A DNA stretch of 63,824 nucleotides, counting the filler, from Nemertoderma westbladi (Eukaryota > Animalia > Xenacoelomorpha): the NCBI GenBank assembly GCA_032718475.1. It is 4 parts of 4 records of this genome, joined end to end, with 100 filler letters (N's around TTAATTAATTAA, not from the genome) between each part and the next. Parts side by side here need not be neighbours in the genome. Positions count along the whole stretch, not along the records: positions 23,111 to 42,520 come from JAUCBJ010004256.1; positions 42,621 to 57,486 come from JAUCBJ010005357.1; 2 more parts are not named here. One strand, written 5' to 3'. The translations under genes were made by a program, and so were the position numbers. Below are positions 37,901-50,843 of the stretch, in pieces; position 1 is the first letter of the stretch; each line of letters starts with the position of its first letter. Under the pieces are notes generated by a model. The model had not been told where the DNA came from. It ran no database searches and worked only from the letters and a program-made list of their open reading frames with translations.

Positions 37901-40727
37901 AAATTATATTTAATAATGTGAGGAAAATGTTGTAGCACATAATTCCAAATGATAGAATTCCCCGTGGGTTGTTTGTTTGTTAACTGTTTCATTTACCAGT
38001 TCACTGACCGTTTCTTTGGCTGTTTTACCGACTAGGTCATTGACCGTGACCTTTATTACTACATTGGCCGTTTCATATGTCTATTTTTTCTTAGAGTTAA
38101 GCTAATTTAATAAATACAATTCAATTTATTTATAATTAGAGTTAAATATACTCTAATGACGGGAAATTATGTGTTAGGGAATTCTATCGTGCAATGCAAC
38201 TTTGCTACCGATAGTTTTATACTTATTGCAATAATGAATAAGTTTATTTCACAATGCCATTATTGTGTTGTAAATTTTACATTTAGATTCGCAGTGAAAT
38301 AATGCAATTTTACCATTAAATATTAATAATGATTCCTAGGATTCTTAACTGCCGATGTTTTCAAATTGAATTGAATTAGGGGAACTCGACGTCGACAGCG
38401 TGATGCAAATCCCATCTCGGCGAATAATATATCTCACAAAAACTCACATCAATGTTAAATTATCAATTCAGGGAAAGAAGAAGGTTGCAGTGGTGTGTTA
38501 TTCTAAAAAAACTAATATAGAACAGGTTGCAATTTTATTTTTGGGAGTATTCAGCTGTTATCAGTGTTCCTCTCCTCCTACTATTAAGTAGTCCGTTATT
38601 CCTTCTCTTTGTATACCACGTCATGGACAATATAAAATATACCATGGGACACATTCGTGGGGCCTTCGCGCGAGACGAAATATGCAAAATACCAAGAGAG
38701 AAAAATAATCAAAGAAATGGCAGAGGAGTCGCGTTTTTGGGTGGAAATTGTCATTCCGAGAAAATTGCCTTAAAACAAACTTCCCCGCGCAAAACTGCCC
38801 GATGGTCTGTCAATAATGTGTGTAACTAAGCAAGAACACCACCTAGCTAAAATTATTTTGACGTAGAGAGCGATAACTCGAGAACTAACTAAAAGAGATC
38901 TCGCTACGCCGTTTTCAGATTTGGAATCCTCATTAAATTCTGATCCTGGAGAAATAACAAAATAAATATCCGAAATTTTGACAAGAAGGGTAGAACCCCC
39001 CCCCCCCCCCCCCCCCCCCGCCTCAGTAAGATATTCCTAGAAAAACCGGTCTTCGTACTGCAAACAAACCCTTAGTTTGACGGGGTTGTTCATTCAAACA
39101 TATTATGTTGGGCACATAATGACCAATAGAGTTCTTAAGAACAATGTCACCCAAATCTTAGAATATATGCCATCGTTAAGTGTAGTAGTGAATATTGTTG
39201 AATATCTTATCACTTTTTACCAATATCCTCTGCTATTTCCACTTGCTGTGCCTTTCTAGTCCCGTATTTTACATCCCGTTGTTTAAACATCAATTATGTC
39301 ACAATGTGCAGTTTATTCACCAAAGAAAATACATTTCCGTGAGTTAAATTAGCTTTTTTATATAATAAAGTTATTGTAAAATATGAATAAACTCAGTATT
39401 ATACTTATATTAGGTAAATAAATAGGCGATGGAAATTTAACAAAGCAGCAAAACAATTACAATTAGCAAAAAATAATAAGCTGACAAATTAATGGGTGAC
39501 TGCGCGTCGCCTAGACAGATTTACAATAAAAGTAATAAAAAATAACATTTAGTATGGCACAGTAACATGGATGGCAGGAAAGGGCGAATTGTGCGAAACT
39601 TACATAATATATGCTAAAAATATTAACGGAGGTATATACATTCAAATGGCACAGATATTATTATGAATTTATATTATTTCAACACAATAATTAATAACGA
39701 TTAAGAATTATAATAATAATCTGGATGAAAGTTTAAAGATATCTTAAATAAAGACGGTACAAAGGCACTGTCAATCATATTGTAATAAAATATTAATTAC
39801 ACATTGATGCAATAGCCGCCTTATTGTTTCTTTTTATAAGTTCTTCAGGTATTTTTCAAATTTCATCCAAATAACACATTCAATATATATACAACAAAAC
39901 TTCGCGCTGCACGTGAAGTCTGGTACAGATACGGCCTGCTAAGCATGGCCGTCTGTATTTTATAAAATTCGCTATGCTAATATTATTTTACCAATGGAAA
40001 CATTTATTTTAGTTCCAACACGAATGGATATTAGTAGAAATCTATAAGTACAAAAAATAAATAAATAAAATCAATTCAAACCATTGCGAAACAATCAAAT
40101 AATAATATTGTAATTTGATTGATGCGGAATTATAATATTACAAATAAAGTTTGGCACCAATATCTATATCGGAGTTTAGCGAAAGGACAGCGACGTATAA
40201 CTTACTTCATAGAATCGAGAAACAACACGTATTTGATACAACAAAATCGAACATTATCAGTTCCAGAATAACCGAATAGAGAAAATTCTACTTGGAGAGT
40301 TTATCTCACATAATTTATCAACAACAACGGCAGTGAACGCCGAATACCTCCTATTGGGCCTGCCTAAAGATCTCACAAACTTAAAAAACAACAAGAATTT
40401 AATTTAAATCTAATAAGACATTTTGTACACGTACGATATTATGTCCTAGCAGTTTTATTTAACAGGACAATTTGTACAGCTGTCACATTTCCGGGTATTT
40501 AATCCGTACACCTCACTCACTGTGTCGTCTTTTAGATTTTTTAAACTATTAAAATTATATTTTAAATAAAAATGTTTATTATTTTATAAACTGTATCTTT
40601 AGATGGCCATTAAATAACTGCTGAATACGAACATGTGCTTTGTATGTGAGTGAAACGGTTTCACTGTTAGACTATTAGGGGACAGCGCTATTTCCACTGA
40701 TTGCCTATGAAACATTTTATATAACCA

Positions 40728-40801
40728 GTTACCTAGGAAACCAAGTGGGTATCACTGGTTTCCTAGGTAACGGACTGGATATCACTGGTTTCCTAGGAAA
40801 C
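40728..40801. repeat. Three near-palindromic 14-mers (gttwcctaggwaac) at exact 30-bp spacing
   Basis: 40728-40741, 40758-40771, 40788-40801. Confidence 0.8.
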
Positions 40802-40814
40802 GACCTCGTTACCT

Positions 40815-41366
40815 CTACATAATTGCCTCCCGTGAATCTCTACCGAACACCAGTGACTCCGCTCGAGCTGTGATGCTCTCGAGCGACGAGAGTTTCGAGT
40901 TGGAATCGATACTAGAGTGGTCGAGTAAATAGGAGGGAATCACGGCGAACGGGAGTGAGAGTTTCCGTGGCTGCTTCCCTGGTATGCCGAACGACGGGAT
41001 AATATCGGCGGAGTTCCGTCGTCCAGATCTCCTAGGTAACCGAGTGTCCAGGGAGTCCTTCTTGTTGGACAACGTTCTGTCGCAGTTGAGAGGAACACTG
41101 CACAGCGGCTGCGTTGTGTCGTCCATTTCCTCCTGTCTGTTATTCTGTCCGTCATTATGTCGGTTATCGTGTCCGTTACTGCGCATGGGAATGCGACTGT
41201 CGGCGGAATTAGCGCCATCTTGCGGCGCATTCTGGAAGCTCGGATAATGTCCTACCATTGAGTTGGATATGTAGCTGAACAGGACGTACCAGGCAATGCG
41301 AGCGGGGTGGTTGACGTCAGCAGACAGGGTCGGTCGCAGCTCATATAATATCTGATTTTTGAACAG
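40815..41366 (-). CDS. Terminal exon of a probable globin (G and H helices) with a ~140-aa low-complexity C-terminal extension
   Basis: Acceptor tctttttcAG then phase 0 LFKNQILYELRPTL...ARIAWYVLFSYISNSM; AWxxLFxYIxxxM matches the globin H helix and the junction fits the G7.0 intron. Confidence 0.65.
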   Translation of the reverse strand: MFKNQILYELRPTLSADVNHPARIAWYVLFSYISNSMVGHYPSFQNAPQDGANSADSRIPMRSNGHDNRHNDGQNNRQEEMDDTTQPLCSVPLNCDRTLSNKKDSLDTRLPRRSGRRNSADIIPSFGIPGKQPRKLSLPFAVIPSYLLDHSSIDSNSKLSSLESITARAESLVFGRDSREAIM

Positions 41367-42620
41367 CTGAAAAAGATAAATAATGTTATAGTAATAGTAA
41401 CACAGCATATAGTTAACGGTGTTTCTATCGAGTTATACACTGTTGTTTAGAAACAACTCTTAGATGGATATTTATTTTCATTTTCTTTACATCTTTTAAT
41501 ATAATATAGGCTAATTAATTATATTATAATTAATAAATTACACGGAATATTGTCATAATTCAGTGACATGGATTCCCCACCACCCCATTAAAATTTTTTC
41601 TAGAAATCTTAATGAGATTAAGAATTTATTAAATAAATATACCATATTATTCTGGAACACTATATTTATCTTGTACTATGTAAGAAAGGTAGACACTTCT
41701 CTCAAACGGTCTTAAAGATTGAGAACGAAAATAAAAATATAGGAGGGAGGTGAAAATATGTTTCAAATTTATTTCGATAATAAGATTTGTAAACAATTAT
41801 GGTTGGGGGGGGGGGGGGGGGGGGGGTTATATTCCATGATATCATGTAATTTAATAATTTAAATTATAAGTATAAATCTACCATAATTAGGAATTATTTT
41901 ATTTCAGCATTGTGGTCGATTACGCAAAAAGTGGCCAAAATTGTGTCAGACGTAATTTCGCCATACTATGAGCCATAACTCAGCAGAAAATAACCCAAAC
42001 CATATAAACTATATATATTTCTATAGAGCGAATTTTCGCCCATTTTTGGCATTGGTTTTAAGCAATTTGACATATATTTTCTTTGGATTACAAGCACGAA
42101 ATGGACATATGATGCAATGTCCGATGCTAAGTTTTTGAGATACAAACGATAATAACCAAATGTCAGTAAGAGATACTTCCAGTAAACTATATTATCAGCT
42201 AAAAGAAAAGCTTATTTTATGATCTACAATCCAACTGTACTAGTCGTTACTGGGGTACACTTCTTTATAGTTTTGTTTTTGGTAAAAAAAATCGACTTCC
42301 GTAGGGACAATGTTAAATCCGGATCCGCGTTTTACTCTGACCCCAAACGTTTGCCAAGTAGTTTTTTAACGTCATTGGAAATGTCCATCTTGTAACGCCC
42401 TTTTTTTTAGCTCTAACTTTTCTTCCACAAATCGGATTTACTTAATGTAAAGTTTATTTATACCGCTTCTGAAAGCGCTATCTAATGATATACAAGGTCA
42501 AGCTTTCATGTTAACCTAATNNNNNNNNNNNNNNNNNNNNNNNNNNNNNNNNNNNNNNNNNNNNTTAATTAATTAANNNNNNNNNNNNNNNNNNNNNNNN
42601 NNNNNNNNNNNNNNNNNNNN

Positions 42621-43304
42621 TATATCAGAGCTTGGGAAGCGAACGCTGATTTACATTGTGATTCACGCCATCGCTATTATCCTGGACGCGCCTACGAAGG
42701 AGTTTATGCGTTCCATCCATATTTGTTTGCCTCCGTCGAGCAGAAATCGCGCCTATCAAGTTATGAACTATTGAAGCGCGTTGGAGAATGTATTTCAACC
42801 AAATATGTACGCAAATTCCTCAGGAGCATTAATCCGAGTGACATCAATTCGTATAACTTAATAAACTTTATCCGTCAAGATCCGGCCTATGGAGACTTAT
42901 TTGTCAACTCACACCCTGAGTTACAGGAAGTATATCGACGGCCTTACGAGTACAGAGCCCGCGAACGCGAGTTGGAAAGAACCATTAAACCAAGGAAGTT
43001 TCTAACTGCCTATGGTCCACCCACGGCCCTCGTTCAGACCACTCGTAAAGGACCCGTAAGAGCGGCTGTCTTGAAACGAGCTCTCAAAGCCGTTAGACCC
43101 CTCTCCCCGGACGTTGATGTCAATCAACCCGGTACTTCGACCGGCGGATATACCGATCGCAATCCCATACCTTCTGATGCAATCATATTGCACCCTTCAC
43201 CCAGGAGTTATAGCCCTCCTCGTAAAGTGGCTCGCCCCAAAGAGAAAAGGACTCTTGCTAGCTTTAAAAAACTGCGTAAACGCCGTCCGCGCAAGAAAGA
43301 CTAA
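42621..43304 (+). CDS. 5'-truncated unidentified ORF with a highly basic C-terminus, just upstream of an LTR
   Basis: Open from the contig edge (227 codons plus stop); ends SPPRKVARPKEKRTLASFKKLRKRRPRKKD. Confidence 0.5.
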   Translation, partial: YIRAWEANADLHCDSRHRYYPGRAYEGVYAFHPYLFASVEQKSRLSSYELLKRVGECISTKYVRKFLRSINPSDINSYNLINFIRQDPAYGDLFVNSHPELQEVYRRPYEYRARERELERTIKPRKFLTAYGPPTALVQTTRKGPVRAAVLKRALKAVRPLSPDVDVNQPGTSTGGYTDRNPIPSDAIILHPSPRSYSPPRKVARPKEKRTLASFKKLRKRRPRKKD

Positions 43305-43469
43305 CTGTTTAGAGTATTTTTATATTTTAGAAACTGTGATTTTGTATATTTTATAGACTTAAATCCCATTTTCTGGGAGCGGTGTAAAAGCTTTTGTGGG
43401 ATAACTGATACGTTTGCCTTTGCTGGCCAGTTCCCCCCCGGTCGCTAGAAATACTCTCAAAGGGATTTA

Positions 43470-44585
43470 TAACTAAAATAGTGCAAGCTACCAGCTTATT
43501 GGCTGATGTGCTGTACGGAGATATCTGGGCTCAGTTTAATCGGCCAACTAGCTTAGGGAGGTTGCCTTAGCCTTGCTGTCCGTGTCGGCCAATAGAATTT
43601 GCGTAGGCGTTGATTTCGACCTATCCCAGCGCTACTGAACTGAATTTCCTATCTCACTGCTCATCCTCTGTGTTGAACGGGGCTTCGTGGAATAAGAGTT
43701 TTTGGTATACTCGTATAGTAGTAGTAGTCATATGATTTTATATGATTCTGTTGTTGTGTTCCCATTTTCGCCATAACACCGGCTTTTTGGGAAGAACTCT
43801 AGTAAAACTGCTTAAATTATCGAAAGTATAAACTGTTACCTAACTCGAATCACTAACTTAACATACTCACTTAATTTAACTGCATTAATCATATTGTTTG
43901 TACTGTTATTTTACCGTCAGTTATTAATTGTACCTATTTGTTGATGGAAATATTGCTCTTTGGATAATACGGATAAATCACCCAAATTCCCAATTTTCTT
44001 GATACACTACAGGTTAGAGAGACCGGCTATACATAACAATTGCGATTTATATTAATGTGGTGTGTATTGAATCTAATGTTATTTAGCAGACCCTACATGA
44101 GTCAATTGCTGCTCTCTTTATGTGTGATCAAATATACTGACGGTCGGCAGAATAGTGTGTATGATTGTGATTGGTAACAAAGTATTTCCTAAAGAATACG
44201 CTTTATACTTTAATCATAAGCAGTATCGTTGCGTTTTAGTATAAGTCTTAGTTCTGTTTAAATAGATAGAGCGCCACGTCCTAAAGGAACTGTTAATATT
44301 TCCCGAAAGCCAATAATATCTGTCAGAGAATTAATTATTAACGATCTATCGAATAATACAGTAAGTTTACACTGCAACCTTACACTGCAATAATAAAATT
44401 TAAGCATCCGAATTCAGCCTCCCGGGTGTAGATCCATCGGGTGAATGATCGCGCATGGGCTGACTTCGGCTAATGTTTTGTGTATTAGCATAAATTGTTG
44501 TCGTATGCTAAAGGTGTTTTAATTAACTAAAAGACATATAAATTTTGGCAGGTTAAACTGCTAAAGGTCTTCAAAAGCGCGAACA
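43470..44585 (+). mobile_element. LTR (~1.1 kb) ending ...aaaagcgcgaaCA
   Basis: Colinear homology with the reverse complement of 54832-56005; homology stops exactly at the shared gcgcgaaca end; left boundary approximate. Confidence 0.7.
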
Positions 44586-44599
44586 ATTACCGTGCTATT

Positions 44600-47500
44600 A
44601 TATTCTGAACCGGACAGAGTCAACACCCATAGAAATAAACTGTGACCACAGCCAGCTCCAACAATGAGTGAACAACAGCCCCAAGGTCCAGAGGGAGAGG
44701 TGAGCCCAAAGCAAACCCCGAGCGACAGAAACCAGACGATTCAGGAAGCAGTGACGAGGCGGTACCGGCCCGCCACACCGTATTCGCCAACGAGGGATGC
44801 TCCTGTCGTTGAGGAGGAGAGCGGTCGAGTATGAGGAGGAGAGGGGTGCGAGTCGATGCGAGATCACAGCGGCGAACGAGGTACCGAAGTCGCCGGCCAA
44901 CCAGTGGCCGCAGGCGGCGAACGGCGAACGGCCCACTGGAACGGCAACAGTGGGGCCGACAGTAAGGCGCCGGACGAGGAGGGAAGGTCAAGTCCAGGAG
45001 GAAGACGTCGGGATGAGCAATCGCCTACGACGAGGGTACAATGCCACCAGGAAGTTGTTAAAGGACGCTAGAGAGGGAGGAAAGGTAGACCAGCCCAAGT
45101 TGCACTGGAGGCTAGGTGAGTGCAACAAACATTTTCGCTACCTACTCCGATTTGTGCAGGGGGAACTGGCAAGTGAGAGGGAGATGGGGGTCGCCACAGA
45201 ACTGTTCGAATTGTGGCGATCCGAGGTGTGTTGGCTAGTGCAGTGTACGTAGGGCCCTATCTAGTAGATGCGAGGGGGATTAAGTTACTGGGATGGGCGG
45301 ATCCACACAACGCCGAACCTGAGGTTAACCTCTGGTGTGGTGTGACCAGACGGACGGACGGACGGGGGGGGGGGGGGGGGGGGGGTGGGGGGGGGTAACG
45401 ACAACACGTTCAATGAGAATGTTAATATTAATAGTACCGTAGTAGATAACCCAAATACTAATGAAACAATTCTTGCAGGAAATAATGTTTTGATTAATAA
45501 TAATATAAATATTGGTGCGCCAGATAATCAAAATAATTTAAATAATAATCCGGATACACTAAATAATAATATTGTAAATAATCCCGGTGAAATTAATCAA
45601 AATACTGCAAGTAATAATATAACAAATCAACAGGGTGAGGCTAGTGGCGGTATAATTAATACAAACGTTGGGGAAACAGGTAATTCGCCTAGCGGGGGCC
45701 TACAAGGCCACACGGTTGCGCAGGGAGGAATGCGGGCGAATAAACCCAGGGAGAGTAGAACTAACGTGTCGACTGGAGGAGAACATGGGCATGGGGGCAA
45801 CGTGAGAAGTGACGGGTGGGGGGGGGGGGGCTATGGGCACCCCACTACAACCAATTAATGACAAGAGGGGGGGGGGGGCAGAAAACGCTCCACAGATATC
45901 GATGGGAAATGCGCGCGGTGATTCAAGTGAACTGGGGCTCCCGACGATGGAGGAAAGGGGGGGGGGGCAGCAGAAGCCCCACTAGCGTCGGCAGTTAATG
46001 CACGTGGTGAGTTAAGTGAACTGTGGCACCCGATGACGGAGGATAATAGGAGGGCAACAAATATCCACGAGGCCGTACAACCGGGCAAAGGGAGGGACGT
46101 TGGTGCCGTAAGCGGCCAAACGAGAAATCGTCGAGACAACTCGACAGATGGAAGGAGGACAGTAGAGTTCATCCGGGAGGTTGATACGAGACCTCATGAA
46201 GGAGGACATAACGCTGAAACAAGAAGAAGTGAGGAGGAACGAGGAAACGTTGCTACGGGCAACCAGAGACGTTGACAGAGGACGGACAGTGAACCGTCGA
46301 TAGTCGAACTAGAGAGAGAGAGCCGGTGGGGTCGTAGTTCGGGAGATTGCCATCGCCCCTAAGAAACACAACCTAGCCAAATATACCACACACCGGGAGA
46401 GGGGTACAGAGTCCACCGATACGAGGAGGAAGACAGAGGAGGGGATCGGAGGGAAACTTCCCGTCAGGACGTAGCTGCCGATCGACGATATGGTAGTCAT
46501 GGGGAGGAGTTCTCGGAATATTCAAGAAGATTAAACTTCGATCAGGAGGGACACAGGCAGGCTGCAGGACATACTGTAGGCCTTACTGCACATACTATAG
46601 GCCATGCTGGGAGAGATAGTGTAAGCGATAGGTTAGCGCAAATGCCAGGATTGGACACAGAGCTCGCGGCATACTTACTGGTAGTAGGCAGGAACCTGAT
46701 AGGCCTATACCAGTACCTGAACACAAGTATGACTATAATATGCAGGGATACAATATATACCCAGGGGAGGGGGGGGTGTATTGTAGATAGGTGTATGGGC
46801 CCCAATATAATAACATCTACCCCAGTACCAAATATAACATCGGTGGGGGGGGGGGGGCAGGGTGACATTCCCCCATCACAGTATCCACAATGCACACAAC
46901 CAAATTAAAATCCCCGACCCCCTCAGATCCAAATAAATCGTGTGACAGAGGGATATGGAGGGGACCGCTACCCCCGATGATATATCCCACTCAGGGAAAG
47001 TCGACAAACCCGAGATGCGAAGCACACCCAACATTGAGGGAGCCTGCATCCTTACCGGCGAGCGCGCTGGAAGTTCAAGCGATGGGAATGGCAACACTCA
47101 TCGAAGCGCTGAAAACTAGAATTGAGCTGCCACCCGTGGAGCCTTTCAAGTTTGATGGTAGCAAGCCGGAAGAATATCAACAGTTCCAGAGGATGTACAG
47201 CAACGAGATTTTGACGACAAATCTCACACAGGCAGAGTGCCTTAAATACCTACAATTCTATACAGGGGGGCCAGCTTACGACATCGTGAGGCAATACCAA
47301 GGTATTGAAGGAGGATTCACAACCGCATGGAGACCCCTGGACAGGGAATTTGGTCTTCCTGCGAAGATTATCCGACAAACCTTGAGGGGAATAACATCAG
47401 GCGGACTCTCAGATAACCCCGTTAGCATCAAGACTTTCGCTAACAAAGTGCTAATAGTCTTAAAGACTCTAGACGCACCTTACGAACTCAATGCATCGAA

Positions 47501-49663
47501 CAACATCACCACGATAGCGCAGGCACTGCCGATCTGGTTAAGGAATAAATGGAGAAAGATTGCTTTCTCCACATGAGAGAAGAAGGGTGCGGAACCAAGG
47601 TTGGAGGAGATGTCGAACTTCCTTAACTATGAGGCAGAGTTGATAACGGATCTAGTTTATAGTGAGGAAAGTCTCGTAAAGGTACCGAAAGCAGAATGCT
47701 GCCGACCTAAACTGGAACATAGTCCGGCGGATGCATTTCTGCAAGTGAGGCAGTCACTACTGCATGCGGCCACACAAGGGACTACAAGTCCACAGGGAGC
47801 TGGGAGTAGAGCCACACTGTGGCAGGGACAGAAGCAAAGTGACGACACGAAAAGATACAAACCCAATACCCCCAGTAGGCCAGGTCCAAGTAACCAAAAC
47901 ACTAAACCTCTAGATATGAATCTAAGCGCAATACATGAAGCGCTATATAAGGAACGCTACAATCCAGATTACAAATGTCAATTGCATAGAGATGGGACCC
48001 ATAAGGCCATAGACTGTAAGCATTGGCAGGCGTTACTTAAACAAGATTGTATAGCCTACACTGGAAAGAATGGACGATGTCATTGATGCGCGGTAGGAGG
48101 ACACAGAAAGGATGAATGTCAAGAACCACCGATCAAATATGCCGAGACTGATGGACCTGGAGGCCAGACAATGGCGACAAGCACCATGGGAGCAAGGAGG
48201 AAGAGGACAGTACTAATCGGAGTAGTACCAGTGAGAATAATAGGAGAGAACGGGCTGTCGGTTACGACGCTAATGTTGGTCGATAGCGGAGCAGCTTTCA
48301 CGCTAACGGAGAGTTGGGTTACCGAAAAAATAGGATTACAAACCAGGTCAAGTAAAATGGCGGTGACCACGATCTCAAGTAGAAACGCAGTCATAAAGAT
48401 GATGACGGGATGGTGTGGAATCAAAGCGATAACACCAGGGTGCGACTATGGGGCTACGATCAAACCCATAAAAATAATAGGGTCGATCAACATCAATGCC
48501 AGGCGACCTACTAAGATCAAGATTGAGCAATACCGGTACCTGGATGACATCGACTTCTCCATACCCGAACTAGATGTCCCGAAAGTGTCTCTCATAGTCT
48601 GCATGGATTGTCCAACAGCCCACGAGAGGCTACAAACCATTTTTGGCAATGACAGAGAGCGAGACCCGGTGGCCATTCTCACACCATTCGGGTGGATGCT
48701 CAGTGGCCGAATAAAGATGAGGACCCCGTTTAGCGTATCCGAAACATCTGGATGCATGCTGTCCAGTACCATTGAGGAAGGATATCAGAAGTCAAGGACG
48801 GGCGATGGGGAGGTCCCATATGAGAAGCAGCCCGGGAAAGGATATCAGGAGTCTCGGGTGGGTATGGATCTGGATCCACGTATAGTGGAAAGGGTGGAGG
48901 ATGAATCCGGAGAAGTACCGTTGGTAGAGGAGACAGGACGACAAGTAACAGCAAGGGAATGGGCGGAGGAGAATGGGTTCGACGCACAGGAGCTAGAGGC
49001 GATGGGACCAAGACGTTCCTGGCGAGTATCGGTATGGGAATGGGGAAGAGTGGATGGCAAGGTATCCGGAGAGATGTCCGGAAGAGACACCGATCTTAGA
49101 GGGTATAAAGAATATACCAATACTAAGGAGGTCGAATAAGAAGACAAGGTGGAAAGGGAGAGGATGTAAGAAGGTTAATCCAAAGGGACAGGAGCTGATG
49201 ATGAAGGGTGACAAAGGAGACAGGAAAGTTAGAGGAGACGTGTTGCACACGGGGCTGGCAGAGTGCGAGGGGGCATTAAATGGTAAGCCATTATGCGTAC
49301 CGAAGGATCATCAAGGGTCATCAGGGGCTTTAACGCCGGCGCACATATTGAGTGGGAGGCCAGCAGAGGTGGCATGTACCAGTGAGGATGAGGTGAAGGG
49401 TGGCATTCTACCGCCAAGTGACGACAAGATGAAGGGTGGCATTTTGCCGCCAGAGGATGATGAGGAGTTCTGTGAGGTGGCAGAAAGACCCGATCTTAGG
49501 GTGGAGGAGAAGGGAAGGTCAGATCCAAGAGAGTTGGAATTAACAAGGAGAGTGGGGCAAAGAATAAGAGCGCCTATAGGGGGGAAGTGGGAGACTTGCC
49601 TGCTGGAAGAGTCGCCCTTAGTTTGTTGAGTCGTCCAATGAATTGGACTGAGGGGGGTGGGAA
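44600..49663 (+). mobile_element. Internally deleted, decayed BEL/Pao LTR retrotransposon (gag, zinc knuckles, protease, integrase tail)
   Basis: DUF1759-like PFKFDG...LKYLQFYTGGPA...LDREFG; Cys/His knuckles ~47975-48120; LVDSGA protease and PVAILTPFGWML; ECEGALNGKPL..LTPAHILSG; polypurine tract aggggggtgggaa. Confidence 0.85.
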
Positions 49664-50450
49664 TGAGGGCGAGACGCCCTTCCAACACACCAAACAAGAA
49701 ATAAATAAATAAAATTAAGTAATAAAGTAAAAATACTAGTACCAAGGTACGCTGTAGGTAGACATTATGTACGTCTGATGGGTACGGACGTACCAACGTA
49801 CATAATATATAGGTGTAGGTAGTTACAATTACATACGTCGGATGGGTACAAATGTACCAACTTACCTAATTTACATACGCACTATTGTGGGCACTGAGGG
49901 CGCCATGTGAGGTGTTGAGGGGATATGTACCCATACTGTAGTAGAAGGGTCCACAGTACCATAGTGAGGATTAAGAGGGGTATACATTGCGTATGTCTGA
50001 TGGGCACAATGTGCCAATGTACGTAATAAATACCAGCACAAGCCGGGTCAATGGGACCAATAACACGTAATATATACTATTGTGGGCACTGAGGGCGCCA
50101 CGTGAGGAGTTGTAGGGGGTATGTAAGCGTAGTAGAATAGATCGTGTAGGCCGCACGAACTAGACTTCCATAGCCCATGGTGCAGAGTTAGAGCATTGCT
50201 ACAGAGCCAGAAAGTTGTCTGGTAGGAAGCTAGTACAAGGGTAAGAAAATTGTAGCTAGTCTTCTCTGTAGGCAAGTAGTGATGAATTACTTACATAGTA
50301 ATGGAGTAGTAGATAGAGTAATAGCACGTCAGTTAAGGTTGGGGAGTGAACACAGCACTGAAGAATCAGGTGTAAATTGGCACATAGAGGGGAATACTCG
50401 TACGAAACACTGGCAGTACGCAGATAGGAGGTAGGCCATCACTGATTTAA
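49664..50450 (+). mobile_element. Probable 3' LTR of the BEL element, with internal duplications
   Basis: TG start right after the PPT; actattgtgggcactgagggcgcca at ~49881 and ~50076; right boundary uncertain. Confidence 0.5.
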
Positions 50451-50519
50451 AATAATTAAAACCATACTTAGTTATCTCTTGCCCTACTGAGCCTTTCTAA
50501 GGCACCACCAGTCTGCCTG

Positions 50520-50843
50520 GTGAGAGAGGAGAATCGTGATGGCGGAGAAATTGTAAAGGAGTTTATCGTATCCGTGGAGAGGGGCGGATATATGGTCCTG
50601 GATGACGTGGAGACAGTAGAGGATGATGGTAGGACAAGAAAGGGGTCAGGAGGGTCGAGTAGAACTATATTGCTGCATTTAGTGGCGGTGAACGGAGATA
50701 TTTTTCTGTTTGACCTAGCGACCTATGGTAAGAAGACCAGGCCAAAGTTGAAACGCCTACCGGATGCGATGCTGAAACTGGTAAGGTCAAAGAATACGAT
50801 CGAGATTGGATCAGCGATACGCGGCAATACTGTAGAGTTGTGA
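50520..50843 (+). pseudogene. Fragment of a DnaQ-like (WRN/EXD-type) 3'-5' exonuclease
   Basis: VLDDVE (ExoI-like), LLHLVAVNGDIFLFDL and LPDAMLKLVRSKNTIEIGSAI match the family pattern LLQLA...FLFDL...LP..L..LL....I.K.G. Confidence 0.5.
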
